A stretch of DNA of 63,308 nt, filler included, from Lenisia limosa (lineage: Eukaryota; Protista; Breviatea): NCBI GenBank assembly GCA_001655205.1. It is 13 parts of 13 records of this genome, joined end to end, with 100 filler letters (N's around TTAATTAATTAA, not from the genome) between each part and the next. Parts side by side here need not be neighbours in the genome. Positions count along the whole stretch, not along the records: positions 22,883 to 32,549 come from LPNZ01002695.1; positions 32,650 to 34,719 come from LPNZ01001716.1; positions 34,820 to 36,395 come from LPNZ01002294.1; 10 more parts are not named here. The stretch is one strand, 5' to 3'. The position numbers were made by a program, and so were the translations under genes. Shown one piece after another: positions 22,883 through 35,164 of the stretch. The notes below the pieces were generated by a model. That model worked only from the letters and a program-made list of their open reading frames with translations, had not been told where the DNA came from and ran no database searches. How positions within the stretch are numbered: position 1 is the first letter of the stretch; every line of letters starts with the position of its first letter.

Positions 22883-25800
22883 TACGGCGAAGACTGACAC
22901 TGCTGCTGAGATCGTTTTGATCTATGAGATCCACTTCAAGGTCGGGGGAGATGTCAAGTTCGTCATCTTCAGCCTCGGACTCGGACTGGTCAGAGAAGGC
23001 TGGGGGGCAGAGCAAATCCAAGGAAGGAGACTGCGACAAAGCTGTAATATGATAGAAGAAAAGAAACAAATGAAGCAGCATAGACGGTATTCTTATAAAC
23101 CTATTGACCAACTTTGGTATAAAAAAACCCCCTAGATTTTCCAACAAAAAGGATAACACTTTGCAGATTGTTCCTCTGACCTTCGGATGAGGGGTCAGTT
23201 GAAAGGGGGTGAAGGGAGGCGGACGAGGGTCCGCGAGGACTGAGGCGGCTACAGCATAAAGGCGGGAATAAGGCATATAAGTCTAAAAAGTAGTATAATA
23301 AGTTTAATGATCTTGCTGCAACACATTTTGGTTATCTTAACGTACCTAATAGAAGGTTCTTTGAAAACAGGCGGTCCTCTTGGAAGGTCATGATCGTAAG
23401 AGTCCAAATACTCAGCGGAAGGCTCTGAACATATCAATGAGAGACGAAGACCCTATCATTCTTTCAATAGTGTTAATCCCTCAACTCCAACTCAAATTAT
23501 CGGTGAGTGTCTCCAAAGTTGATAAACCAATTAAATTTTCTGGTGAACTAACCCCGTAATACCAGGTAAAAGTTCTGCAGGGGAGGGGACGACATCTTCT
23601 TCCAAAACCTCGTCAGAAGGCTCGTGAACAACCAGAAGCGGTGACTCCATGGGCTGCATGGGTGAAAAAAACTGCCCATCTAACATGAACATATCACTTT
23701 TTGGATCACTTTCACACGTTTAAATCATCATTATCAACGCAATGACATGATTCATATCCACTCGTATGATAATTGCCAGACAAGCCTAATACTCTGGTAC
23801 ACTCGGGATGAACCTTGTTATATCTTCGTTCATCATTTCGACTCGAAAGTCGGTCATATTATCATTTCACTTGTGGATATAGGTTAACATACACATATTG
23901 ATTGATATCCTCTTTCACAAAAATTGGTTGGCGGTCGGTAAATAAGAAAAAAAAACCTTTTCAAATTGATCAGCACAACCTCAAAAACCTCCTACCTCCA
24001 ACGGAGTGAACATTTCGTCATCCTCCGAAAGTACAGTTTCTGGCGTTGCGGGGGGCATGTTCTCGGAATTCTCCAAAGAAGGTGCATTGTCGTATAAGTC
24101 ATCAGGAGATAAGAGAAGGTCGTCGCCACCAGTAGAGCGTTCAAGTCGTTCTTGTTCCAAACGATCGGCTTCCTCCTTTGCTGAAACTTCAGCCAAAACT
24201 GAGTCGAACATCTTGTCAAAAGTATCAATGGCTGCTATGATGTCGTTTTGCTCTTCAACGGGAAGGTCCTTAAGGCGATCTGAGAGATCAAAGAGCTCAC
24301 TTTGGTGCCGGCTTGGCAATGGTAGCTTCGGCGGAATACGAGAAGATACTTCCACGTGTTCATGAAGGGATGACAAAGAAGGTTCACGAGAGCCAATAGG
24401 ACTAAGAGGCGGGGTGGAGAGCCGAGGAATAGGTCGTAACGGGCTGGCTGTGAGACGCATGTCCGTCAACTCCTCCCACGCATGGGGTTGGTAGGCGGGG
24501 GAAGGCAATGCTTTGGGGCTGGGAGCTGGGACTCCATCAAAGCTCTCAATTACTTCTTGGAACATGATGTCGAATTCGTCAAGAGCCTGTTTGATCTCGG
24601 GATCTTTGTTTGCGGCTTCGAATGCGCTCAAAGGGTCTAAACCCGAAATAGCCAGAATTCCGGATGTTGAGCCTTCCTTGGCGAGGGGGAACTGTTGCCG
24701 TCTTTGGATTTCTGGAAATTCAGACGGGACGGGCGCTGGCAGTGTCTGGAGGGGCTCAACGACGTCATCATGTTCTGAAGTGATGGTGTTGGAAATATCA
24801 GCATAATCACTTGCGGCCTCGGGGACTAAGGCGTTATCTGAAGTTTCGCCCACTTGTGATGAGTCGGACATGTACATTCTGCTCTCATGAAACACGTCAT
24901 TGACTGACGATGCCATACTGACTTCCCCATCAGTGAAGAACTCGTCCTGTGACCCGGACCGGTCTACCTCAGCAGAGCAGCTGAGACGCTGAAGTTCCTT
25001 CTCAGTGGCAGTAGCGCGTTCGTCAGCTGCGATGTAGTCGGCTTGAGCGTCGGCAACTTCGGCTTCCGCTGTTTGGATCCGTGCTTCTGCGGCGGCGAGT
25101 TCCTCACGAAGAATCTCTAGTTGACGGAGAGTTTCGCGATTGTTTGTGCGAAGAGATTCCTCTACTTCACGTGTTTCGACTAAGCGCTCCTGTGTGGCCT
25201 TTTCAGCAAATTCTAAGCGAGCCTGAAGGGTTGCAACAGTATCCGATTCGGTGGCTAGCTTCTCTGATTGGTCCTCGAGTTTCGAATTAACCTCGTTCAA
25301 GGCAAGCTTCAACTCAGCAATGTTGTTGCGATGCTCTGCTACGGTCTCGTTGGCCTCCAAGGCGCTTTCCCTTGCAGAATTGGCTTCAGCTTGATGCGTC
25401 CGCGCCTGGTTGAATAACTCTTGTACACGTGCCTCTAACACCTCCGACTCAGCCTCTGCGGTCGCGGCTCGGTTCTCTGCTTCCTTATTTTCATTGGCCA
25501 GATCCGAGACACGTGACTTCAGCACTGCCTCCTGCTCAGCAAACGCGGAACGGAGTTGAGAAAGATCTTCTCGCAAAATACCAAGCTCAGCAAGCGCATT
25601 TATTCCGTTTTCAGCCTCAAGTTTTAGTTTGTCAATCTCCTCATTCGACACTGAACGTGGTGAAAGCGCCTCTTGCCGGAGGATCTCAGACCTTGCTCGG
25701 GCCACTTCGGCCCGGTCTCGAGCCAATTTGGACATGGCGTTACCAACACGCTGCATGGCCTCAACAGCGGATGGTGTTTCTTGGCTGTCCACAGCACCAG

Positions 25801-28800
25801 CAAGCACGTGACTCATCAGAAGCTCCTTCTCATCAAGCTCAGCTTCACGGGACTCAATTCGGCTAAGACGGGCCGAGAACCGTGCAGCTTCCGCTTCTCT
25901 ATCTGCTATGTCTGCCTCATGTTCGGTTAAGCGCTGCTCAAGGCTAGCCTCGGCACCAGCAACGTGTAAAAGGCGAGCGTCAACGCCGGCGCGGATTGTG
26001 TCCAGCTCTGCACGCGCAACCTCTATTTCGGCCTTTTCAACTACGCCTTGCTTGCGCGCAGTCTCAAGAACCTCTGCACGCTGGCGCAATTCTTCGGCCT
26101 CAAGGTCAAGCCTCACCTCCATCTGTTTGAGCTTCTCATCACATTCCTCAAGAAGGGCCTCCCTCCTACGGACATCATCAGACTGCTGGCTCAGTTCCGC
26201 GGCAGCACGGTCGATCTCAGTGTGGCGTTCATCCAAAAGAGCAGCCCGGGCGTCAAGGTCCTTTGTAATCTCTGTAGCCTGGTCGGCTCGGGTTGTGAGC
26301 GCATCTATTTCAGCCTCGCGTCGGTCAAGTTCAGTGGTGCGATTATCAATCAGTTTCGAAGAAGCCTCAAGAGCCTTAGCTTGACTCGAGGTAACCTGTA
26401 AAATGAAAAAAATAAAGATTAAACAATAAATCCTCTTTTACACAAGGTTGGCAAAATTGAAAATGATACCATGCTACTGCTTACCATTTTAGCTTCTTCT
26501 AGTTCCTTTTCTTTGCTAATTAAATCCGCACAGAAGGTATCAAGCTAAAATTGTCAAAGGAGCAAGTGACGAAATTGATATGATATGATATGATATGATA
26601 TGATATGATATGATATGAAGAGGATACATATCATGTATATATCGATCATATGTATTAAAAGATTAAACAAAACAACTAACCTTTTCATCACGTAGTAGCA
26701 ATTCCTGCATGCGTTTTTTGACTTCAGCCTCTCTTTCAGAAACCTCCTTATTTCGACTGACCAATTCGGAAGTCAAGGCGTCGGAAGCAGACTGAGCCTC
26801 TTCAAGAGCCTTTTCTGACTGTTTAGTTTGGGTCTCAACTTCTTCATTTGCCTTCTCAATAATTTCTTGAGCCTCAAGTTCAGCCTTCTTCTTGATATCC
26901 ATGGATCTCTCAACGGCAGCCGACGTTTGCTGTTCAGCCTTGGCAAGTGCTTCAGAAATAATCTTCTCAGCTGATTCTCGGCTTTGTTCTACAATTGCCT
27001 CCGCTTCAGCTGACGCGTTCACGCGGTCTTCATGAGCCTCGTCGCGGGCGGTGGTGGCAGCAACGTTCATCAATTCAGCCTCAGACAGCTTTTGCTGTGC
27101 TTCATCTTCGGTAGCGAGGGCTGAAGAATACATAACTCCCGCTTCTGAAGATTTCAGTTCCGACTCCAGTTCTGCAGCCTTAATAGCACGGGCTGATTCG
27201 TCCTCAAGGCGCTTCACATCTGCTTCACGAGAGTCGAGTTCTTGGCGTAATTCACACAATTCACGTCCTTCTGCCGCAATCCTTACAGCACGACGATCAA
27301 GTTCAATGATTGCACTATCGGTTTCGGCGAGGGCCTTTTCATATCGGGTCCGTTCGTTTTGAAGTTCAGTCAGACTGGCCTTTGCTTCTGACTGCCTGGA
27401 GTCGGCTTCTGATTTCCTGGTTCATAAGAACAAAAATGTAACTGCAATGTCTCAAGAAATGAGAGAAAATGAATAATAAAAACACTCAATTCAAAAAAAA
27501 GTAGTGTATATAATAATACCGAAAAGAACTAACCTCTCAGCAGCTTCCCTCTTTATCCGTTCAGAGTCTTCAATGATCATGAGGCACTCATTCATCTTAA
27601 GCGTACTTGACGCTTCTTCCTGTTGAGCCATTTCAACACGAGTATTGGCTTCTTCGAGCAGAGCCCGTGCGCGTTCCTCAACCTGGGTACACTCCAACTG
27701 CTTGTCTGAAATCGCCTTCTGTGCGGTCATTTCTGTTGCAGAGTTGGAGTTGATGCGTTCAAGAAGACTGTTCTGCTGCGATTCCAGATCCTTAGTTTTC
27801 ACCTCAAGTAGCCCTTGTAGATTCATGATGTCACTACGACTCTTTTCAAGCTCCGCTTTCAGACTAACTAACTCGTCTTCCTTCTGTAATACTGCCTCCT
27901 CACGAAGAGCAATTTCCTCCAAACCCTGCTCAGCCGAGGCCCTGAGCGCTTTACTTGCAGCACAATCCTCTTCAGCACGGCTAGCAATGGTTAGTGCAGC
28001 AGCCTCCTCAGCTTGGGCGGCAGACTCGCGGTCAACTGCAGATTGTGTCAGCGCTACCAAACGCGCGAGACCTGATGTTACCGTCGATGCTACCTTTTCA
28101 AGATCGTCACGGGGTGCAACAAGAATATCAGGGGTCTTCTGAGGATTTTGGCATGTTATTGATATCAGGGAAATGACGTTAGAGACAAACGATTCGGTTT
28201 CAGCCAAATGAGAACGCAACTCTTCCACGTCAGATCGTTGTGCCGCAAGTTCTTCATCTCCACGCACAACAGACGCCAAACGGCCCAGTGCTTCGACTTC
28301 CTTGGTTTTGGCACTCTCAGCTAAAAGACGAGCTGCCTCGTTTTGAGCCTCAGCCTCAGCCTGTAGCTCTGCCGTTACAGCGCTCTTTTCTTCCATTGTT
28401 AATCGGTGTTGGTCAGCTATTTTCTGAGCTTCCACCGCATCAGTCTCGCGACGAGTTGCTTCAGCTTGTTTCGCTTCAATATCCACCAGCATGACATCAA
28501 TTTGCTCTTTAGCCGCCTCGATTGATGCCTCCAAAGCGTTAACTGCTTCTTCCCGCTCAACGACTTCTCTTGTTCTTTGCTGTAAGTCAAGATCCACCTC
28601 TTGCTTGCGCTGTTGGAGAGCAGACATCTCGATCTGAGCTTTAGCGTTCAGTTCATTGATCTCAGTTAAACGACAGTCTTGAGAAATTTGCCTCTCCAGA
28701 AGTTCAGCTTCCAGAGTAGCAAGAGAGTCGGCCTTAGTAGACGTTTCGGCAATAAGGGACTTTGTAGAAGAAGCCGCTTTCTGGGTGTTAGAAGCAAAAA

Positions 28801-31800
28801 TGGCAGCTTCTGACATTTTTACTGCCAGTTCGGCCTCTGAGTTATTGAGTGTCTTCAACCTGGGAGGTCAAAATAGTAATGCAACTTGTTACTTCATCCT
28901 TATCCCCATCCTCCTGCAACATTTTTTTTACCCGGCTCTCACCTTGTGGCTAAGTCAGCGTTTTGCCTCTCCAGCTCAGAGCGAACAATTGCCATTTCTT
29001 CAGATTCTTCATGGAACTACACACAATGAGTACAAAAAAAATGTAAATGAAAATTAAAAAAAAAAAAAAAAANNNNNNNNNNNNNNNNNNNNNNNNNNNN
29101 NNNNNNNNNNNNNNNNNNNCCCCATCAATGAGTCCACCGTCGAACAGTTGACTTCAATAGTTCAGCCTTCAACATCATCCACTTTTAGAAACATCACGCT
29201 ACCACTATTTGAACATGACAAACCTTAGTAAGCCTTTGGTCCAAGGCCTGATGAGCATCATGGACACGTTTCGCGTCGGCATCCATGTGACTGCGAGCCC
29301 TCTCCAAACTAAAAAAAATGGTAAATGAAAGTGTGGTAGACAATAAATGATAAGAAAAACAACATCACCTCACCTTTCTTCAAGATCGGCAACTGACTGG
29401 CGCTGAAGAGCAAGGTCTTGTTCGCGTGATTCAATATCAACCTGGTTTAATGAAACCAATGAAAAAGAACAAAAAAAAAAAAACATCTACAGCACGAAGT
29501 ATAATGCCTCCTCATACCTGCCTGCGGGTCACCTCAGCTTCCTTCCTATCCAGCTGCTGGCTTCTGTCGTTGCAGTGCGTTTCCAAAGAGGTCAAATGCT
29601 CAGTTCGTGCATCAAGTTCGGTTTTGGCAATCTCAATTTCATCACTACGCGCTTCCAGAGCCTCTCTGAATGGCGTTATTTAATGATATTATCGAAGTAA
29701 AAAATAAGCAATTATTTCAAACCTGTCAATTGCCAGAAGGGCCTCGCGTTCAGTCACTGAAGAAGCAAGGTTGTTAGCCTCCTTAACTCTGCGATCAGCT
29801 TCTTGTCGCGTTTGTCTGACTTCATCAAGAAGAGCCTCGAGGTGGGGTGATGCCTCTTCGTCATCATCTGAACGCAGCGCCATCTCGTGTACGGAAGTAT
29901 TGAGTTGGTTAATAGCTCTCAGAGTTTCCTCCTCTGCTTCTTCCACTCGTCGCTGCGACTCTGCTTCCAGAACAGTGCGGTCATTTTCCCATGCTTGGAG
30001 CTGGGCCATCAACAAACGCTCATCATTGTTAGCCTTGGCAATGATGGCAGCATGGTCAGCTTCTAGCGCCTGCTTCTGGAAAGATGTTATTCAAAAAGCA
30101 TGATGACTGGTCTCAATTATTCGCAAAAAAGGGAGATTACAATCGGTCAAAGAGGCAAGCTGAAACTAAGTAACCAAATTGAATAGAAATTTTCATAAAA
30201 CAACACATACCATTTGTAAAATCTCTTCCTCGCGCTGTTTGACATTTTGCTCTCTATGAGTCAGCTCAACATCCTTTTTAGCCATCTCACTGGTCTTGTT
30301 GTCCAGTTCCGTCTACAAGGTAAGACTCAATAAGCGATTTCTGCGGAGAAAAAGTGAAAAACTACGATGAAATTATTATATACTAGTTGATTACTAATTG
30401 TATTCAATAACATGTATCATATGATATACTATCTATTATGATGACTGATTATTATTGATGTATTATACTTGTATTGTATGATATCAATATCATCGTATAC
30501 ATAATGAATTTTGTAATACATATGAGGCCCTGAACCTACCTTAGAAGCGGCTAGTTCGCCCGTCTTGTTCGCATTCTCCTGAACTTGAGCATCCAAGATC
30601 GCTCGGTCAGTGGCAATTTCAGTTGCTCTTGCTGTGGCCTCATTGAACATCTGATAGAGTTAACTCAATGTGCTTGCTGTAATAATTATGATAGTTCAAC
30701 GATTGTTTTTTCAAAACGTCCAAGAAGAAGGGTGAGCCGGATGAGAGTAACCTTCAACCAATTCTAGCTCAAGAGAATTTGCTCTATCTCTCATCCCACC
30801 TCGTCAACCTTATTGTGGGCATTGTTTAGCACTTCTTCGCTCCTCTCTTCCATTTCCTAGTAAATCAACATTGGCGAAGCAAAATTACACAACAAAAAGG
30901 CTGTTGACTGCATTTTCTGTATGTATTAACAACAATGAAGCCCCCCCCTCAAACCTGAGCATGCTGAAGTGCTTCCTGAGCTTCAACAAAAGCGTCCTGT
31001 GTCCTGGTTTCCTTGTCCACAATGTCATCTTCGCGCTTAGTGAGCTGCTTCGCCTGGCTCTGTGGGGTCAAGAGAACTATCCAACAAAAACGCAGAACGT
31101 CATAGAATCCTCTTGAATATTGAGAGTCATCTTTCCCCAATCATACCTCCACATCAGCAAGGGCAATTGTGAGTCCCTCATCCTTGAGCTTCAGCGCCAC
31201 TTCTGCTGATTCAAGCTCCTGTGTACGAATGACTAAACTGGCTGCTCTGCTCTCCAATTCTTCTGATGCAGTCTGTAGAGATCATTAACTCTTGACGAAA
31301 CACACTGAGAACATACCTGTGGTTAGGTGTTTTTGATAATATCCGCCACAAACCTGAAGAGCTGCATCACGGCGATCTAATCCTTCAACACGCGGTAAGA
31401 GAGCTTCAACTCCTATTGCTTAAATAATGTGTGTACAAGACAAGGGTAAAAACTTGAAAACATTTTTTTGGAAAAACTATGTATTACGTACTGTTGTCTT
31501 ACTCAATCAGTTTCAATCAACACTTCCAACAAACCTTCAACAGCAACAGCGCGCTTGGTTAGGTCTGCCTCACGATCAGCAACAAGCGCATCTCTTCCGT
31601 TCAATTCCTGTGAGGTTTGAGTGAGATTTGGTTTTTATTGTATTCAATATTTCTCAAATCCAAGAGATTATAGCGCAATCCCAACAACGAGAACTTAAGA
31701 ACACAAATGTTGCCCTACTTTCTCAACATCTTGCAACTGTAAAGCAGCCTGGCGGATTTCCTCTTCCTTTTTCTCATTTTCAACTGCGGCTGCGGCAACT

Positions 31801-32549
31801 TGAGCTTTACTATCCTCCAACTGGCCAAGCAAGAGATCAAGATCACGATGACGTGTAAAGGCTTCCTGGGCAGCCGTTTCCACCTCCACCTCCTTCACCG
31901 CAACAGCAGCCTCACGGGCCTTAATGTCCACAACATTGTTGGACTCTTTCTGACTCAAGTTCTCCAACAGTGCCCGTTCCTTCTCCTTAAATTCGGCAAG
32001 CATCTTGGCTTCCTTGTCAGTCAAGGCCTCCATTAAAGCACTCTGGTTGGCGTTGAGCGTGGCTTCCATCTGACTTTCGCGTCGAGATAGTTCCTCCGCG
32101 GCTTCTGACGCCATTTGGTCCAGCTCGCTTGCCTGAAAAGGTAATTGGATGAAAATATAGATTTTTTTGTCTTTAGAACAGACAACCTACTTTATTTTTA
32201 AGAGTTTCCTCGGCATCAGTAAGGGCCTTAGCCCTCTCATCCAAAGCACTGGTGTAATCTGCGGCCTCTAACTCTTTCACACGCTCTGAGAGCTGGTGAT
32301 TCGTGAACGTTAGTCTGAAGAAAATTAGAATGCTGTGAGTAACAGAAGGGAGGAGGGTAATAATGGAGTGTGTGGTAATGAAATACTTGCAGAGGGGGAA
32401 GGGAGTATCAATCAAACCAAACAAACAAATGAAACTCACCTGCCGGCTTGGATACTGAGTGCGGCAACGGTTGGAGTCTCTTCCTGGGCCTTTTCAAGTT
32501 CAGCTACTCGGTGCTCAGAGGCCTGTGATGTCAGAATATATATATATAT
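22883..32549 (-). CDS. Very large Ala/Glu-rich coiled-coil protein with Ser/Pro/acidic C-terminal tail (both ends truncated)
   Basis: Long open exons of about 2.4 kb (23998-26395), 0.7 kb and 1.3 kb plus many small GT-AG exons, all heptad-like E/A/L/R-rich; no specific family recognised. Confidence 0.75.
23684..23895 (-). repeat. Family D repeat, about one full unit plus the start of the next
   Basis: tatgttaacctatatccacaagtg...atatgaccgactttcgagtcgaaatgatg...gtgatccaaaaagtgatatgtt. Confidence 0.65.
26577..26616 (+). repeat. (GATAT)8 microsatellite, intronic
   Basis: Direct reading of the sequence. Confidence 0.9.
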
Positions 32550-32673
32550 NNNNNNNNNNNNNNNNNNNNNNNNNNNNNNNNNNNNNNNNNNNNTTAATTA
32601 ATTAANNNNNNNNNNNNNNNNNNNNNNNNNNNNNNNNNNNNNNNNNNNNTTTCACCCCCCCCCCCTCCTCCAG

Positions 32674-33464
32674 TCATAAATCTCGTCCAAACTGAGATCC
32701 ATTCATTAGAAGTGGCCATCAAAGAGATGCAGGAGGAGCTTTCTGATAAAAGAAAGGTTCTAGCCCAGCTTTTGGTGGGAGAGATGATCTGCATTTAAAA
32801 TTAAAATGGGACTTATATATTTTCAAATTCAGCCTCTTTAATATAGCAGTGTCGTCCAATGAAATTAATTTATACATTGTACAATTCTTTACACTTGTAG
32901 CATGCTGGAGGCAATAAACACTCAAAAATCCATAAGAAGGAAGATAAGAAAGAAAAGAAGGAGGCGAAGAAACCCGCAAAGGAAGAGAAGAAAGTCAATA
33001 AAGAGGAAAAGAGTCACAAGAAAGAGAAGAAAGAAGAGAGTTTGACAGAAGAAAAGGAAGAGAAGAAGAAAGAGAAGAAGAAAGAAAAGAAGAAAGAAAA
33101 GACAGAAGAAAAGAAGGAAGAAAAGACTGAAGAAAGAAAGGAAGAAAAGAAAGGGCACTTGAAGAAAGAGAAGAAGAAAGAGAAGAAGTACAAAAGGGGG
33201 GGGATTGAACAGAAGGACGTAGAGGAGAAAACTGAAAAGAAAGAGGAAAGAGATACAAAAGAAAAGAACGAAGAACCGACGAATAGCAAAATTGAAGTAA
33301 AGGAGGACCCAGTTTTAACGAAAGAAGGTTCACAAAAGAGTGAAGAGAGGAAGGAAGAGAAGAGGCATAGGAAGAAGGAGAAGAAAAAGGAGAAGGGAGA
33401 CAAGTCTAAGGAGGAACAGGCATCACAAAATCTCAGTTCCATGCTTGACTCGCTTGTATTGTAA
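32674..33464 (+). CDS. Lys/Glu-rich low-complexity protein, 3' part
   Basis: Exon INLVQTEIHSLEVAIKEMQEELSDKRKVLAQLL, then a long KE-rich exon ending MLDSLVL*. Confidence 0.55.
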
Positions 33465-34606
33465 TTGTGAATGGTTTCTAATTTATGTGGTTGGGGGTTT
33501 TTTCGGCGTAAATACATGATGTTATCTAGCATTGGTGCTAAAAGTATGAAGGTTCATGTGTCACACGTGATTACTTCAACTTTTCTTTTTATTTCTCTGA
33601 TGTATAGCAAGTGCATAATGTAATTTCCAAACCGCACCAGGTCCAAAGGAAGACGGTTTGAAGTTGTGACGGGGAATTTTACCCCGTCTAACCCCTCACC
33701 CCACCCCTTTTGTTTTTTGAATTTAGGGCTTGAAATAAAACACCAAAAATGAGACATCCAGTCCTACAATGAGAAAATTAAACAAATTGAAACATCCAGT
33801 GGACTGAGGTTTACATTATATTGTATTTCACCACACTAATTCCCACTGAGCGCTATGCACACAACTTTCTGCCTACTTTCAAAATGCTCCTCCACCTACC
33901 ATTGTATCATCACGATATGCATGATTCATAATTACGGAATTTGTGATATCTGAGTGCTCATTCACAAGCATAGTTTAGGGGATTTATTCTCTTGAAGGAC
34001 AATTAAAACAATAGAAAATAAATACATCTCAAACTGGCTAAAACATGGAATGGGAAATAAAGAAGTTCCTTTGATTGACAACGTTTCCATCTGCTCGACA
34101 AGTCGCCGGACTTCAGCAAATCACCATTCTGACAGGCTTCAAAAATGTCCATATTTGATGATTGATTGGTTTTGGTTGGGGAGTGGAGGCACTACTGGGG
34201 GTAGGTTGGTGTGAGGTTGGTAGATTGTTTGGTAGAGATTAGAGAAACGCAAATGTCAACCAGGTGACATCAATTTCATCAACTTGTTAATAAATTCCAT
34301 TTGGTCTCAATTTAGTTAATTTAACTATAATTTAACTAATGCCAGAACAACATGAACCCCCCAACCCCCCAACAAATAAAAATATTATACAATTATATAA
34401 TTATTTATACAGTTATATCGCAGTTAACAGAGAAGAGGCCATAATTTGTGAAGTGAACTACAAAACTGTAGATATTTTCCCATCTTACTGTCGTCTCTCC
34501 TTCTCTCTCGCTTGCTGTGACTGTTTTACATCAACTAAAAGCAATATTAAAACGATTTTGGAGGTCAAACTCTCCTAATCCTTCTTATCCAGGCCTTCCC
34601 TTTTGA

Positions 34607-34675
34607 ATGGTTGTCTACACCTTCTACGTGATCAACAAGAGCGGAGGCTTGATATACCATGAAACCTACGCAGAA
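34607..34675 (+). CDS. TRAPPC4: TRAPP complex subunit 4 (Trs23/synbindin), first exon
   Basis: MVVYTFYVINKSGGLIYHETYAE followed by a gtaggc donor; matches the TRAPPC4 N-terminal (F/Y)VxNKxGGLIY motif. Confidence 0.75.
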
Positions 34676-34877
34676 GTAGGCTGTTTAGAGAGTTATTTAT
34701 TGTTTACAGTGGATTCTAGNNNNNNNNNNNNNNNNNNNNNNNNNNNNNNNNNNNNNNNNNNNNTTAATTAATTAANNNNNNNNNNNNNNNNNNNNNNNNN
34801 NNNNNNNNNNNNNNNNNNNCAGGCAAAAGCTGTGCAAAGAGTTGTAAGGCAAATGATTGGGTGAATAAATAATATAC

Positions 34878-35030
34878 TATAATCCAATATCTCTTATAAG
34901 TGTAATGATGTGGACGGCTTCGGCCAGATACAACCTTGTTTTTTATTTCTCATTGAAAATATTGATGTTACAAATATATGAGGTGCAGTTATTTCAGTGT
35001 GTATATATTTTATGATAGCACATGTTATAG
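34878..35030 (+). repeat. Family E dispersed repeat (core GGATGGCTTCGGCCAGATACAACC)
   Basis: Core also near 1280, 11915, 12845, 14778 (minus) and 18710, 18935 (plus). Confidence 0.6.
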
Positions 35031-35031
35031 C

Positions 35032-35132
35032 TAGGGCTTCCATACAGTCCCAAAAAAAAGACGGAATCTCTCGATAAATTCTCGGAAAACATCGATATTT
35101 TACTGGTCTTTTAGGATCGTAGGGAAGCCCTA
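35032..35132. mobile_element. MITE family A, subfamily 2
   Basis: tagggcttccatacagtccc...ggatcgtagggaagccctaa. Confidence 0.75.
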
Positions 35133-35164
35133 ATAATAGCACATAAAATAGGCATCCCCCCCTA

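Noticed and set aside
24006-28494. Long Ser/Arg-rich plus-strand ORFs over the coiled-coil gene
   Set aside because: Antisense shadows of Ala/Glu/Leu-rich codons; no independent support.
33630-34140. Possible small minus-strand gene (DGVKFPVTTSNRLPLDL and neighbouring segments)
   Set aside because: Only scattered exon-like segments; no coherent model or homology.
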